Below, piece after piece: positions 48,989 to 58,540 of a DNA stretch of 64,000 nt. Location of the stretch: contig JBPOFY010000009.1 of assembly GCA_051252375.1 (NCBI GenBank), forward strand, positions 1 to 64,000, read 5' to 3'. The position numbers and the translations under genes were made by a program. The notes under the pieces are model-generated. The model worked only from the letters and a program-made list of their open reading frames with translations, was not told the DNA's origin and did not search any database. The DNA is from Opitutaceae bacterium. GTDB lineage: Bacteria > Verrucomicrobiota > Verrucomicrobiia > Opitutales > Coraliomargaritaceae. The number at the start of each line of letters is the position of its first letter. Positions within the stretch are counted from its first letter, which is position 1.

Positions 48989-49776
48989 ACGGTCATCTCC
49001 ATTCGTTTGGCTGCGAGCACGATGTCTGCAACCCGTTGTTCACCTGCTTCGCGCTCAATCGCAAAAGCGCCGTCGTAAGCGATCTCATTGAACGCTTCAA
49101 AAAACTTAGCTGTATCCACTTCACCTTCGCCCCAAGGCACTTCCTGCCCCCATGTGCCGGGGGTGGGAGCGGTCATAGCGTCCTTGATGTGGACGTGCTT
49201 GATCCATGGCGCGAGGATTTGGATCGCTTCGATGGGATCGCCCTTGCCGTAGAGAAGCATGTTGGCGGGATCGAAATTCACTCCGAGTGATGGGTGATTC
49301 AGGTCTTGGAGGCAGGTTCGCAGGGCGGCGGCTGTTTCTTGACCGGTTTCAAGGAGTAGCATGATTCCATGCGCGGCAGCCGCGTCGACCAGTTCTTGTA
49401 TGCGTTCGCAGAAGACTGCGTAGCTAGCGTGGTCAGTATGATCGATAAAGCCTACATGTGTGGACAGGTAGGGGACTTGCATTGCAGCGGTCTTCTCGAT
49501 GGCATCGAACATCAAGGCGCGGTTGTTTGGCCATTCTGCATCTGGTATGATGCCGCCGGTCGCTTTGATACTTTCGAGTGTGCTGTAGTCCTCCTGGGGG
49601 AAGCTGATCATCGTCGAGCTGATGGTCCAGCCGTGTGCTTTGATCGCGGGTTTGAACGTGTCCAAATCGGAGATGTCGAGGTGTAGACCGGATAGCCCTG
49701 TTTGTTGCATCACCTCGGTAACGCGCTTCAGGTCATTCTGTAGTGACCATGTGCAAATGCTGGTTCTTGTTTTCAT
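48985..49776 (-). CDS. Sugar-phosphate isomerase/epimerase (AP endonuclease 2 TIM barrel)
   Basis: ETGQE, NFDPANM, HVHIKD, IERE metal ligands. Confidence 0.88.
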   Translation of the reverse strand: MKTRTSICTWSLQNDLKRVTEVMQQTGLSGLHLDISDLDTFKPAIKAHGWTISSTMISFPQEDYSTLESIKATGGIIPDAEWPNNRALMFDAIEKTAAMQVPYLSTHVGFIDHTDHASYAVFCERIQELVDAAAAHGIMLLLETGQETAAALRTCLQDLNHPSLGVNFDPANMLLYGKGDPIEAIQILAPWIKHVHIKDAMTAPTPGTWGQEVPWGEGEVDTAKFFEAFNEIAYDGAFAIEREAGEQRVADIVLAAKRMEMTV

Positions 49777-50733
49777 TTATACGGTTTCTAGAGCCATACG
49801 GACTGACTCGGTTGCTTGCGCTGGGGTAATGATTTCTTGTGTAGTGGTTCCGCTGATACGTTCGGCGAAATGCTTGACCTCTGCGCTATATCCATCGCCG
49901 GCGGGGATCTCTGGCTCGAAGCTGTCGCCTTCGGCTGGAATGACTTTGAGTGTTTGACCGTCGAAAATCGCGGTAGCGCTATCGAACATGATACGGTAAG
50001 CCATTTTGAAACCGAAGGATTCCGGCATCTGCCAGCTTGCCGTTGCGTTGACGATCAGATCCTTTCCGAAGTCGAGAGATGATTGCAGGTGAACTGGCAC
50101 TCCGTTCTCGTTGTGAGATTGCTGGGCGTTGATGGCTTGTGGCGTGCCAAACACATACTGTATGAAATCGAGATCATGGATGTGAAGGTCGAGTGCTATG
50201 CCGCCGCTCTTTTCGGAATCTGCCAGCCAGTTGCTCCATTTGGGTGCATAGGTGAGTCGCTCAAAGTCGGCGACAAGAACGTTGCCATAGGTCTTCGCAT
50301 CTACGATTTGCTTGAGCCACGCGTATTGTGGCCAAAAGCGGATACAATGCGCGACCATTAGCTGTTTGCCTGCAGCTGTTGCCGCATCTGTCATGGCTTG
50401 GCAGTCCTCCACATTAAGCGCCATCGGCTTTTCGCAGAGAACATGCACGCCAGCTTGTAGGCATTGTATGGACACATCTTTGTGCAAATGTGTCGGCAGG
50501 GTGATCGATACGGCGTCCAAGTTTTCCTGGGCGAGCATTTCGGCGAGATCGGTGTAGATGGCCACGCCGTCTAGGTCTAGTTGGTCGGAGTCGCCCGCGA
50601 TGTTACCTTGTTTCGCCTGTTCCGTTACCGGACTGCGTGTGCAGACGGCTGCGATCTGAGCGCCTTCTACTTGTTGCCAAGCGTTGAAGTGCATGCCGCC
50701 CATGAAGCCTAAACCGATGATGCCGACTCTCAT
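49777..50733 (-). CDS. Gfo/Idh/MocA NAD(P)-dependent oxidoreductase (cytoplasmic)
   Basis: GIIGLGFMG, HVLCEKPMA, DLHIHDLD. Confidence 0.92.
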   Translation of the reverse strand: MRVGIIGLGFMGGMHFNAWQQVEGAQIAAVCTRSPVTEQAKQGNIAGDSDQLDLDGVAIYTDLAEMLAQENLDAVSITLPTHLHKDVSIQCLQAGVHVLCEKPMALNVEDCQAMTDAATAAGKQLMVAHCIRFWPQYAWLKQIVDAKTYGNVLVADFERLTYAPKWSNWLADSEKSGGIALDLHIHDLDFIQYVFGTPQAINAQQSHNENGVPVHLQSSLDFGKDLIVNATASWQMPESFGFKMAYRIMFDSATAIFDGQTLKVIPAEGDSFEPEIPAGDGYSAEVKHFAERISGTTTQEIITPAQATESVRMALETV

Positions 50734-52055
50734 GTGCTGAGCCCTTCGACTTTCCAGCCTGCACGGTAAGTTTTAGAAATGTATTGGTTGGCCTTGTCGG
50801 AATTTGTGAAGCGTAGGTTCTTGGCGTCCCAATTCAGTGTTTCATTAGGAAAGCGTGAAGCGAGTGCGCCGAGCAACACGGTTTCGGTGAGTGGACCACC
50901 ATAATCAGCAAAGTCTGCAAGCGGCTTCTTCTTACCGCCAAGAATAGCATTTGCAAAATCCTTGTAGTGGTTGCGCGCTTCTAATTTAGGATAGCGATAG
51001 TCTGCAAATTTCTCACGAGGATAGGGGACTGGAAGTTCTACGTGCGGTTGAAGCAGGATGCCTTCGGTGCCGATGAAAATGGAGCCTTGATTGGGCATCT
51101 TCTCGCCGAACATTTCGATCAGTTCTTGTGGTGGGCGCAATGAGCCATCTGTCCAAGTGACTTTGACGGTGTCACCTGCAGTTAACTCATTACCCGGAAA
51201 AATGTATTCGAAGGATTCGTCGACTGCCCAATTATGTTCGTTGGGAACATTGCCGATTGATTTTACCGAGATCAGAGCGCGGATACCCAAGGCTTGAAAC
51301 ATTGGGCTGTAGATATGGCAGCCCATATCACCTAAGGTGCCAGTGCCAAAGTCCAAACGCGCGCGCCAACTACCAGGGTGATAGTAATCGTCGATGTATG
51401 GACGTTCTTCTGCCACGCCTAGCCACAGATCCCAGTCGAAGCCTGCAGGGACGGGAGCGGTTCGCTCCGGGCGTGGCTTGGAGTCGCCCCAAGTCTTGTG
51501 GCTGAACATGTGGACCTCTTTGACTTTACCGATCACGCCGTCTTGAATCATGCGAGCGGCTAAGCGTTCGTAGGTGCTTGAAGTTAACTGCGTTCCCATC
51601 TGTGTGACCACGCCGGTCTCTTTGGCGATCTCAGCCATGCGACGTGTTTCGTAGAGGGTTTGTGCCAGAGGCTTTTGACCATAAACGTTTATCCCCATTT
51701 GCATGGCAGTCACACCGATCGGCGCGTGCATGTGGTCGGGAGTGGATACATTAACAGAGTCAAGGTGCTTGCCTTCCTTCTCCAAAAGCACGCGCCAGTC
51801 TTTATAGACCCGCACATCCGGAAAGGCTTCTTTCAGTCGAACAAGATTGTTGTCATCCACCTCCGCGACGGCACGCAGAGTGAGGTTCGGGTGATTCGAG
51901 AGCGTCTTAAGATCTGCGAACGCCATCCCATTCGCACCAAAGCTGGCGTGGTTGATGGTATTGCTAGGCGTGGTGTCCGCTCTGGCTATGTTGAATAGCG
52001 GCAAGCTGGTTGCTGTTAGAGCAACGTTGCGGATGAATGTGCGTCTAGTTTGCAT
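50730..52055 (-). CDS. Gfo/Idh/MocA oxidoreductase with Tat signal
   Basis: TRRTFI Tat motif; STPDHMH, QKPL, LGDMGCH. Confidence 0.92.
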   Translation of the reverse strand: MQTRRTFIRNVALTATSLPLFNIARADTTPSNTINHASFGANGMAFADLKTLSNHPNLTLRAVAEVDDNNLVRLKEAFPDVRVYKDWRVLLEKEGKHLDSVNVSTPDHMHAPIGVTAMQMGINVYGQKPLAQTLYETRRMAEIAKETGVVTQMGTQLTSSTYERLAARMIQDGVIGKVKEVHMFSHKTWGDSKPRPERTAPVPAGFDWDLWLGVAEERPYIDDYYHPGSWRARLDFGTGTLGDMGCHIYSPMFQALGIRALISVKSIGNVPNEHNWAVDESFEYIFPGNELTAGDTVKVTWTDGSLRPPQELIEMFGEKMPNQGSIFIGTEGILLQPHVELPVPYPREKFADYRYPKLEARNHYKDFANAILGGKKKPLADFADYGGPLTETVLLGALASRFPNETLNWDAKNLRFTNSDKANQYISKTYRAGWKVEGLST

Positions 52056-52686
52056 GGGTTAATTCTTTGATTGATAAATTGCGGAAGGCGACGGGGTCGC
52101 CATGACCCGCAAAGCCGAAGTGACCGCTTGTGTTGTCTTTGCCTGGGTGCGCGGACTCGTTCATGAACTCAGTGACTTCGGCAAGGTCCGCGTCGAGGAT
52201 GACTTCGCCATTGAGCACGACATGGATCGTCGAACCGATCACGGTGACGGTCTGAGTGTTCCATTCGCCGACTGGTTTCAAATAGCCGCGCTTGGCAGCA
52301 ATCATACCATATACCGACCCGTGATATTGGCGGGTATCCAGCTTGGCATATTTCTCAGCTGTATTGTCGAGCACCTGTAGCTCGCACATGCCAGCGTAAG
52401 CGGGGTTACCTGTGCCAGGATAGCGAATCGCCAGACCGTTGTTGCCGCCCTCGGGGAGCTTGAACTCAAAGCGAACAACAAAGTCTGTGAAAGTTTGCTT
52501 CGTGTAGATCGTTCCACCGCTGCCTGGATTGCAGCGAATCTCGCCATCGGCGAAGGTGTAATTCTCAATGGCACCCGCCCAACCTTCCGCGCTTTCATCA
52601 TCGAAGAGCGGTTTGGATTTTGTAGAATGGCAGCCACTTAGAAGGGGGAGTAGGCTGGCTAGTAGAATAAGTCGTAGGGCGTTCAT
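52045..52686 (-). CDS. DUF1080 (3-keto-disaccharide hydrolase/lyase family) lipoprotein
   Basis: Lipobox LSGC; FEFKL..GGNNG, ELQVLD, GEWN, GHG..VAFRN; likely start MNALRL. Confidence 0.9.
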   Translation of the reverse strand: MNALRLILLASLLPLLSGCHSTKSKPLFDDESAEGWAGAIENYTFADGEIRCNPGSGGTIYTKQTFTDFVVRFEFKLPEGGNNGLAIRYPGTGNPAYAGMCELQVLDNTAEKYAKLDTRQYHGSVYGMIAAKRGYLKPVGEWNTQTVTVIGSTIHVVLNGEVILDADLAEVTEFMNESAHPGKDNTSGHFGFAGHGDPVAFRNLSIKELTHAN

Positions 52687-52765
52687 TATTGATATATGTG
52701 AAGATGTATCGAGGGAGTGAAGCGTGGAGCGCGTAACGGAATTAATGGCATCGGCTGGTTGAAGT

Positions 52766-53374
52766 TTAGTCCATTCCAAAGCCTCCAAATGGGTCAAACA
52801 ATATGATCTTCTTGTGCTCTTTCAATTTAATCGTCCCGAGGTCTACTTCGAAGACTTTACTGTATCTTCCATCGATTTCGGCTTCTCTTGATACGAGCAT
52901 AAATCGTGTTTTCCTACTGTCTTTCCTCGGTCGCATATCCAATAGAATCCAACGCTTATATTCTTCGAATGCCATTTTTATACTTTCTGGCGATGGCATG
53001 CGTTCGAATCTGACGGCTGGTGTAATTTCGCCTTGTGTCGCTTCGACTTGGTCAAAATCGATGAAGTTTGCTCTTTGGACTTTTGGAATTCGGGTGAACC
53101 CATTTTCTTCAGAGTAGATGTCTCTTACTTCTTTTCCAAACGTTCCTTTTACTGCCTCGATCGTTCCTGTTTGGATGTCGATCCTTATGACTAATTCTTC
53201 TTTCTTTCGCTCGTCGAGATACCCAGGGATATACACGGCATCACCCTTAGCGTAAGCCGAGTAGTAGTGAAACTGTGCTTCGGTTTCCCAGCTGTCGTAA
53301 GCTGGTGTTGGAATCACACAAGAGGATAAAGCTAAGCAAGTGAAAGCAGAGATTATTTGGATTGCTGTTCTCAT
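52766..53374 (-). CDS. Hypothetical lipoprotein
   Basis: Lipobox LSSC; 202-aa ORF within the operon. Confidence 0.7.
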   Translation of the reverse strand: MRTAIQIISAFTCLALSSCVIPTPAYDSWETEAQFHYYSAYAKGDAVYIPGYLDERKKEELVIRIDIQTGTIEAVKGTFGKEVRDIYSEENGFTRIPKVQRANFIDFDQVEATQGEITPAVRFERMPSPESIKMAFEEYKRWILLDMRPRKDSRKTRFMLVSREAEIDGRYSKVFEVDLGTIKLKEHKKIILFDPFGGFGMD

Positions 53375-53386
53375 TTAATCGTCGGG

Positions 53387-54922
53387 CTACTCAAGACCGG
53401 AGCGCGGAGCGCTATTGCTCACTGGCTCAGTGATATCGTAGTTTTGACGTAAGCGCTGTAGCTCGATGTTGAGTTTTTTGCGCACTTCGGCATACTCGGG
53501 GTTATCAAACTGGCTTTTCATTTCACTGGGGTCTTTCTCAAGGTCGAACAGTTCCCACTCGTTGGTGTGGTAGAAGTGTATGAGTTTGTAGCGAGCGTTG
53601 CGCACGCCTTCGTGTCTGGGGACTCCATGGAAACCGTGCTCATAGTAGTGGTAGTAGATGGAGTCGCGCCAGTCATCTGTGGGCTCGTTCTTGAGGAAGG
53701 GCAATAGGCTGTTTCCTTGCATCTCTTCAGGCACCGAGGCGTTTGCGATCTCGATTAGGGTTGGGGCGTAGTCGATGTTTTGCACGAGTTCGGTGACTTC
53801 GCTGCCGGGTTGAATCGTGCCTGGCCAACGCATGATGAGTGGCATACGGAGGGACTCTTCATACATCCATCGCTTATCAAACCAGCCGTGTTCGCCGAGA
53901 TAAAAACCTTGGTCGGAGCTGTAAATCACGATCGTGTTTTTATCCAATCCGCTCTCGCTTAGGTAATCGAGGATATGCCCGATATTCTCGTCCACTGCGG
54001 CGACGCAGCGTAAGTAATCTTTGATATAGCGTTGGTATTTCCAACGCACCAGTTCCTTGCCTGTGAGGTTTTCTGGTTGGGTCGCTTTGTTACGTGCGTC
54101 GTAGGTCGACTTCCACAGTTCTTTTTGAGCGTCGTTCATACGCTTCCAATCAAAAGTGCCCTCGCTGGGCACCATGAGGTCGAAGGTCATAGCCATGTGT
54201 TCGTCGATGCCCATTTCGTGTTTGGCGGCAGAACTCGTGCGGCCTTGGTAGTCGTCAAACAAGGTCTCTGGTTCTGGAATGGTTTCGTCGGCATACAATT
54301 CGTGATACTTGGGTCCCGGTAACCATTGGCGATGGGGTGCTTTAAACTGACACATCAACATGAAGGGTTGATCTGTCGGGCGTCGCTTGAGGAAGTCTAG
54401 GGCGAGGCCAGCGGTGACATCGACTGAATAGCCGGTTATGCGCTTAGTGCCTTCGGGTGTGCGATAGTCGGGGTTGTAGTAATGACCTTGTCCTGGATAG
54501 ACCATCCATTCGTCAAAGCCTGTTGGGTCCGACCTGAGGTGCCACTTGCCGAAGATGGCAGTGCGATAACCTGCACCTTGCAAGATCTGTGGGAATGTCA
54601 CCTGACTGCCGTCGAATGTATCTCGGTTGTCACGTTGACCGTTTAAGTGACTGTGCTTGCCAGTCAGGATATTGGCTCGGCTGGGCGCACAAATCGAATT
54701 GGCGCAGAAACTGTTGCGAAAGATGATGCCTTCGTCAGCGAGTCGGTCGATGTTGGGTGTCTGGTTGATCTTTGAGCCGTAGGCGCTGATCGACTGGGGG
54801 GCATGATCATCGCTGAATAGAAACAAGATGTTTGGGCGGTCTGCCGCAGTGACTGCATGGGCGACTACTAGGCATGCGGCTGCGATGGCAGTCAGTGTTT
54901 TGGGGAAATGATGGGGTTTCAT
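53387..54922 (-). CDS. Formylglycine-dependent sulfatase (S1)
   Basis: PNILFLFSDDH, CAPSRANILTG, GKWHL, SDQG, DKRWMYEES. Confidence 0.95.
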   Translation of the reverse strand: MKPHHFPKTLTAIAAACLVVAHAVTAADRPNILFLFSDDHAPQSISAYGSKINQTPNIDRLADEGIIFRNSFCANSICAPSRANILTGKHSHLNGQRDNRDTFDGSQVTFPQILQGAGYRTAIFGKWHLRSDPTGFDEWMVYPGQGHYYNPDYRTPEGTKRITGYSVDVTAGLALDFLKRRPTDQPFMLMCQFKAPHRQWLPGPKYHELYADETIPEPETLFDDYQGRTSSAAKHEMGIDEHMAMTFDLMVPSEGTFDWKRMNDAQKELWKSTYDARNKATQPENLTGKELVRWKYQRYIKDYLRCVAAVDENIGHILDYLSESGLDKNTIVIYSSDQGFYLGEHGWFDKRWMYEESLRMPLIMRWPGTIQPGSEVTELVQNIDYAPTLIEIANASVPEEMQGNSLLPFLKNEPTDDWRDSIYYHYYEHGFHGVPRHEGVRNARYKLIHFYHTNEWELFDLEKDPSEMKSQFDNPEYAEVRKKLNIELQRLRQNYDITEPVSNSAPRSGLE

Positions 54923-54960
54923 GTGGTCTCGAGTTTTGTGTAAGTCGTCATTTTTTGATG

Positions 54961-56319
54961 TTAGCGTGCGGCTGCTTTTAGTTCGGCAAAGCGGCTTCGC
55001 ATTTCGTCGAGTCGCGGTTGATGTTCTGGATTGTTCACCAAGTCGTTTTCCTCTCGGGGGTCGGCAATGAGGTTGAATAGCTGCTCACGGTCAAAGTCTG
55101 GCCAGTAGATGTATTTCCAATCTTTGCGGACGAGCGCTTCTGAGGAGGGAATGAAATCAATACTACGATGGGTGGGATGTTCGTAGAAAAATTCGCTACG
55201 CCATTCAGGCTTATTCTCCAAAAGATAGAGTGGGGCGAGGTCACTGCCCTGCATACTTGATGGTGGGGTTATGCCCGCAGCCGAGAGAATTGTCGGCGCG
55301 AGATCCACGTTCAGCGCGAAGTCGTCGTTGGTGGTGCCGATCATTTGCTGCGGCATTCGCGGATCTTTGATGATGAGTGGCACGCGGATGCTTTCTTGGT
55401 GCGGATACCATTTATCTGCGAGACCGTGCTCACCATGATAGTAGCCATTGTCGCCAGTGAATATGATGAGGGTGTTGTCGAGTGCGCCTTGAGCTTCGAG
55501 CTCCGCGATGAGACGCCCACAGGTGCTGTCCACTTCGGTGGCTAAACGATAATAGTTTTTCATCATCGTTTGATATTTTTCAGGTGTATCGAAACGCCAA
55601 TGCCAGCGCGCGCGACCTTCGTTTTGTTCGTTGGCAATGAATTCTGGCAATCGCTTAAACGAAGCTTCCGTGGCATTGGGCGGCACGGGGATTGTGGTCT
55701 CTTTATACAGTTCCATACTTTCAGGCTGCGGCAGGAATTGTAGGGGATTACGGTCTTCAGCATGTGTGGCAAAGAATGCGACCGTGAGGTAGAAAGGTTT
55801 GTCTAGCGGACGCGTTCGGAGAAATTCGAGTGAATCGTTTTCGTTCCTCTGAGTGACATGGGTTTTGCTGCCGTCTGGATTTTTGATCCAGTGAACGCCT
55901 GCATAGGAGCGGCCGAAGTCGAAATACTGCGCGGGGAATCGTCCGTTGTGCCATTTGCCTACATGCCCCACCCAGTAGCCATGGCTCCTTAGCTGTCCGG
56001 GCATGGTGTGCTCCCAAGGAGTCTTAAACATTTTGAACGACATGTTCTGGTGGCGTGACATCCATTGACCAGTGTAGAGCGAGGCGCGACTGACGCCGCA
56101 AATAGCCGTTGTCACAGTCGCTTGTGTGAATCGTAGGCCTTGGCTCGACAGTTTGTCTAGTTGCGGAGTGAGCACTACAGGATTACCCGCGACCCCCAGT
56201 GTGTCGTTGCGCCAGTCGTCTGCGTAGAGCACGAGCACATTCATGGGTTGGGTGTTCTCAGCGTTGGCGTGTATGCTAAACAGTAGAAGGGCAGTTAGAT
56301 AATAGCTGATTTTTAGCAT
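54961..56319 (-). CDS. Formylglycine-dependent sulfatase (S1), CGVSR variant
   Basis: [33 protein letters not shown]. Confidence 0.92.
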   Translation of the reverse strand: MLKISYYLTALLLFSIHANAENTQPMNVLVLYADDWRNDTLGVAGNPVVLTPQLDKLSSQGLRFTQATVTTAICGVSRASLYTGQWMSRHQNMSFKMFKTPWEHTMPGQLRSHGYWVGHVGKWHNGRFPAQYFDFGRSYAGVHWIKNPDGSKTHVTQRNENDSLEFLRTRPLDKPFYLTVAFFATHAEDRNPLQFLPQPESMELYKETTIPVPPNATEASFKRLPEFIANEQNEGRARWHWRFDTPEKYQTMMKNYYRLATEVDSTCGRLIAELEAQGALDNTLIIFTGDNGYYHGEHGLADKWYPHQESIRVPLIIKDPRMPQQMIGTTNDDFALNVDLAPTILSAAGITPPSSMQGSDLAPLYLLENKPEWRSEFFYEHPTHRSIDFIPSSEALVRKDWKYIYWPDFDREQLFNLIADPREENDLVNNPEHQPRLDEMRSRFAELKAAAR

Positions 56320-56486
56320 CAAGTCTTGGGGCTTATTGTTTTCGCTGGGCGCAATCAGGAACCTAGCGTCTCAAATAGCTGCATCAACCTAAATTCGGTA
56401 GTAGAATGACGTTCTGTTTTTTTAAGACACGGATGGACGTGCATGGATTCAGAAATGGTCGCATACGTAATACTTGTCCGCAACTT

Positions 56487-56553
56487 CCCCGTTGCCGAGC
56501 AACGAGGCTACGTGGTGCTTTTTCTTGTAGCCTCGAAGCTCGGCTTCGGGGGG
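56487..56553. repeat. REP pair, family D
   Basis: gtagcctcg-ttgc-tcg-gcaa-cgggg on - and gtagcctcg-aagc-tcg-gctt-cgggg on +; compensatory swap. Confidence 0.7.
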
Positions 56554-56641
56554 CGTATAGCTGACGACCGCTTATCCATCTGGTCGGATGAAATCATAGT
56601 GAAGGTTGACCCTTCGGGTTAGTGGCTACATTTTCAGTGTT

Positions 56642-57091
56642 ATGAAATACCCCGCTTCTGTAATTTGTCTATTCATGTTGTTGTTCAGCTCGCTTGCGGC
56701 GGAGTCTGTTTTTGAGTCCGTAGCGATCGCGAAGACAGACTTTAAAATCACTTTTGATAATGCGACTGCTGAGGTGGTTATGCAGGGGATTACACAACGA
56801 GCTGTTACAGAAGCCATTAAAGGTGAGGACGGCGCGCAGGATTATATAGCTTACCAAGCGTATCATCTTGAATTCGCTTTCAAGCAGAAGTTTAGCAATC
56901 AAAGGAAGTATTCAACGATCGAGTTCTATCGCGGAAATACCGTCATTCATGTGATGGAATTGAGTGATCCCAGCCGAAAGATTTCTACTACACGCAACCG
57001 TTTAAATGAGTCCAATTACATGGCGATCAATCTGGAGGGTATCCCTCTGCTCATGTTGGACGACGTAACGCGTATTAATTTCGAGCGTTAA
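56642..57091 (+). CDS. Secreted hypothetical protein
   Basis: Signal peptide MKYPASVICLFMLLFSSLAA; 149 aa. Confidence 0.7.
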   Translation: MKYPASVICLFMLLFSSLAAESVFESVAIAKTDFKITFDNATAEVVMQGITQRAVTEAIKGEDGAQDYIAYQAYHLEFAFKQKFSNQRKYSTIEFYRGNTVIHVMELSDPSRKISTTRNRLNESNYMAINLEGIPLLMLDDVTRINFER

Positions 57092-57411
57092 TCGCTCGGC
57101 TCGTTACCTTGCAGCTTAGCTTCCAGCTGCTTGAGGAACTCCCAACTGAAAAGACCGCTGCTGTGACCATCGCTGAAGGTCGGGCGCATGGCGTAGTTGC
57201 CTTGGAAGTCCCATTCTTTGATGGTGACGCCAGGGAACTCTTTGGGGCCGTCGCCACCATACTTGTTGCCGAGAATATCCATTTCGCCGACGTTCTGCGC
57301 ACTTGGTGAATGTTGGCGCAAAAACTCTGCGGAGAAAAAACTTTCCGTGCCGTCATCCCATAGAATGCAGAGCTCGTCGCCTATGAGTTGGATGTTGGAT
57401 GGTTTTGGCAT
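57088..57411 (-). CDS. DUF971 / GBBH-like N-terminal domain protein
   Basis: WDDG, LRQHSPSA, GNYA..TFSDGHSSGLFSWEFL. Confidence 0.88.
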   Translation of the reverse strand: MPKPSNIQLIGDELCILWDDGTESFFSAEFLRQHSPSAQNVGEMDILGNKYGGDGPKEFPGVTIKEWDFQGNYAMRPTFSDGHSSGLFSWEFLKQLEAKLQGNEPSD

Positions 57412-57445
57412 TTAAAGTGGGGAGTGGTGAGTTATGAGTGTATTT

Positions 57446-57520
57446 GGTAGGGACGCCTGCCCCTAGGCGTCCGGGCCATTTCCTTCCAGCCTCGGACGCC
57501 TGTGGGCAGGCGTCCCTACC
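57446..57520. repeat. REP doublet (REPIN), family A copy 3
   Basis: ggtagggacgcctgcccctaggcgtcc...ggacgcctgtgggcaggcgtccctacc; flanks also resemble copy 1. Confidence 0.9.
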
Positions 57521-57535
57521 TTTAATGTCATCGAA

Positions 57536-58426
57536 TCATTTGTAGAACCCCGCGGCTTGAAGTCTATCCATCAATGCGACAGCAGGCTTTGCGCGATTCA
57601 TGATGTAAAGGTGTAAGCCAGGCGCGCCTTTTTCAAGGAGTTCACGGGCTTGCTGATAAGTCCATTCGACGCCGATTGTTTCGACGGCGGATTTGTCGTC
57701 GCCAGCGGCGAGTAGTTGCGCATCGAGTTCGGCGGGGATGGAGGTGCCACACATGTCGCAGAATCGTAGTGCTTGATCGCGCGAGGCGATGGACATCAGT
57801 CCGGGCAAGACGGGAATCGTGATGCCGGCACGGCGGCAGTTGTCTACGAAAGTGAAATAGTGGGCGTTATCGAAAAACAACTGGGTGGTGACGAAGTCGG
57901 CGCCAGCGTCGACTTTGCGTTTCAAGTTGAGGAGATCGATATCGGCTGAACTAGCCTCGGGGTGCTTTTCGGGATAACCTGCGACACCGAGCACGCACTC
58001 TGGATAGACTTCATTGATCAGTTCAACGAGTTCGTTGGCGTAGCTGAGTCCATCTGGGTGGGGCGTGAAATTGGTTTCGCCTTTTGGCGGATCGCCGCGG
58101 AGGGCCATGATCTGGCTGAGCCCGGCATCTTTGAACTCTGCGATAATACTTTTCAGCTCGTCGCGGGAGTGCCCGACACAGGTCAAGTGCGGCATGACGA
58201 CATAATCGTAGTCTTCGCGCAGGCTGCGGGCATATTTAAGGGTGCGGCTACGTGTGCTTCCCCCAGCGCCATAAGTGATGGAGGCGAAATCGGGGGAGTA
58301 GGCACGCAAACGTTCTGCAGTGCGTAGCAGTTGCACGGCAGTTTGGTCCGATTTAGGCGGGAAGAACTCGATTGAAAAGAGTGGGTCCGTGCCTTCGAGG
58401 CGTTGCTTGATTGAAAGATTTGTCAT
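57536..58426 (-). CDS. metF: 5,10-methylenetetrahydrofolate reductase
   Basis: SIEFFPPK, ITYGAGGS, HLTC, ALRGDPP, YPEKHPE, TQLFFD. Confidence 0.96.
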   Translation of the reverse strand: MTNLSIKQRLEGTDPLFSIEFFPPKSDQTAVQLLRTAERLRAYSPDFASITYGAGGSTRSRTLKYARSLREDYDYVVMPHLTCVGHSRDELKSIIAEFKDAGLSQIMALRGDPPKGETNFTPHPDGLSYANELVELINEVYPECVLGVAGYPEKHPEASSADIDLLNLKRKVDAGADFVTTQLFFDNAHYFTFVDNCRRAGITIPVLPGLMSIASRDQALRFCDMCGTSIPAELDAQLLAAGDDKSAVETIGVEWTYQQARELLEKGAPGLHLYIMNRAKPAVALMDRLQAAGFYK

Positions 58427-58540
58427 TTGACGGATCAAAATATAATGATATGTTGATATGTAAAGTGGTAACTTCGATTTTGGTCTGGATTCAAGGGCTT
58501 GTCGACCTATACCCAAGCAGAATAGTTGTATTTTTAATTC

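Noticed and set aside
36950..56640. Glycan cluster as an integrase-mobilised island at tRNA-His
   Set aside because: No integrase and no distal tRNA-His 3' repeat seen; the only duplication lies 129 bp from the tRNA, before the terminator.
58427..58540. SAM riboswitch between divergent metF and metX
   Set aside because: Short AT-rich spacer with no recognisable SAM-I/II/V core or terminator.
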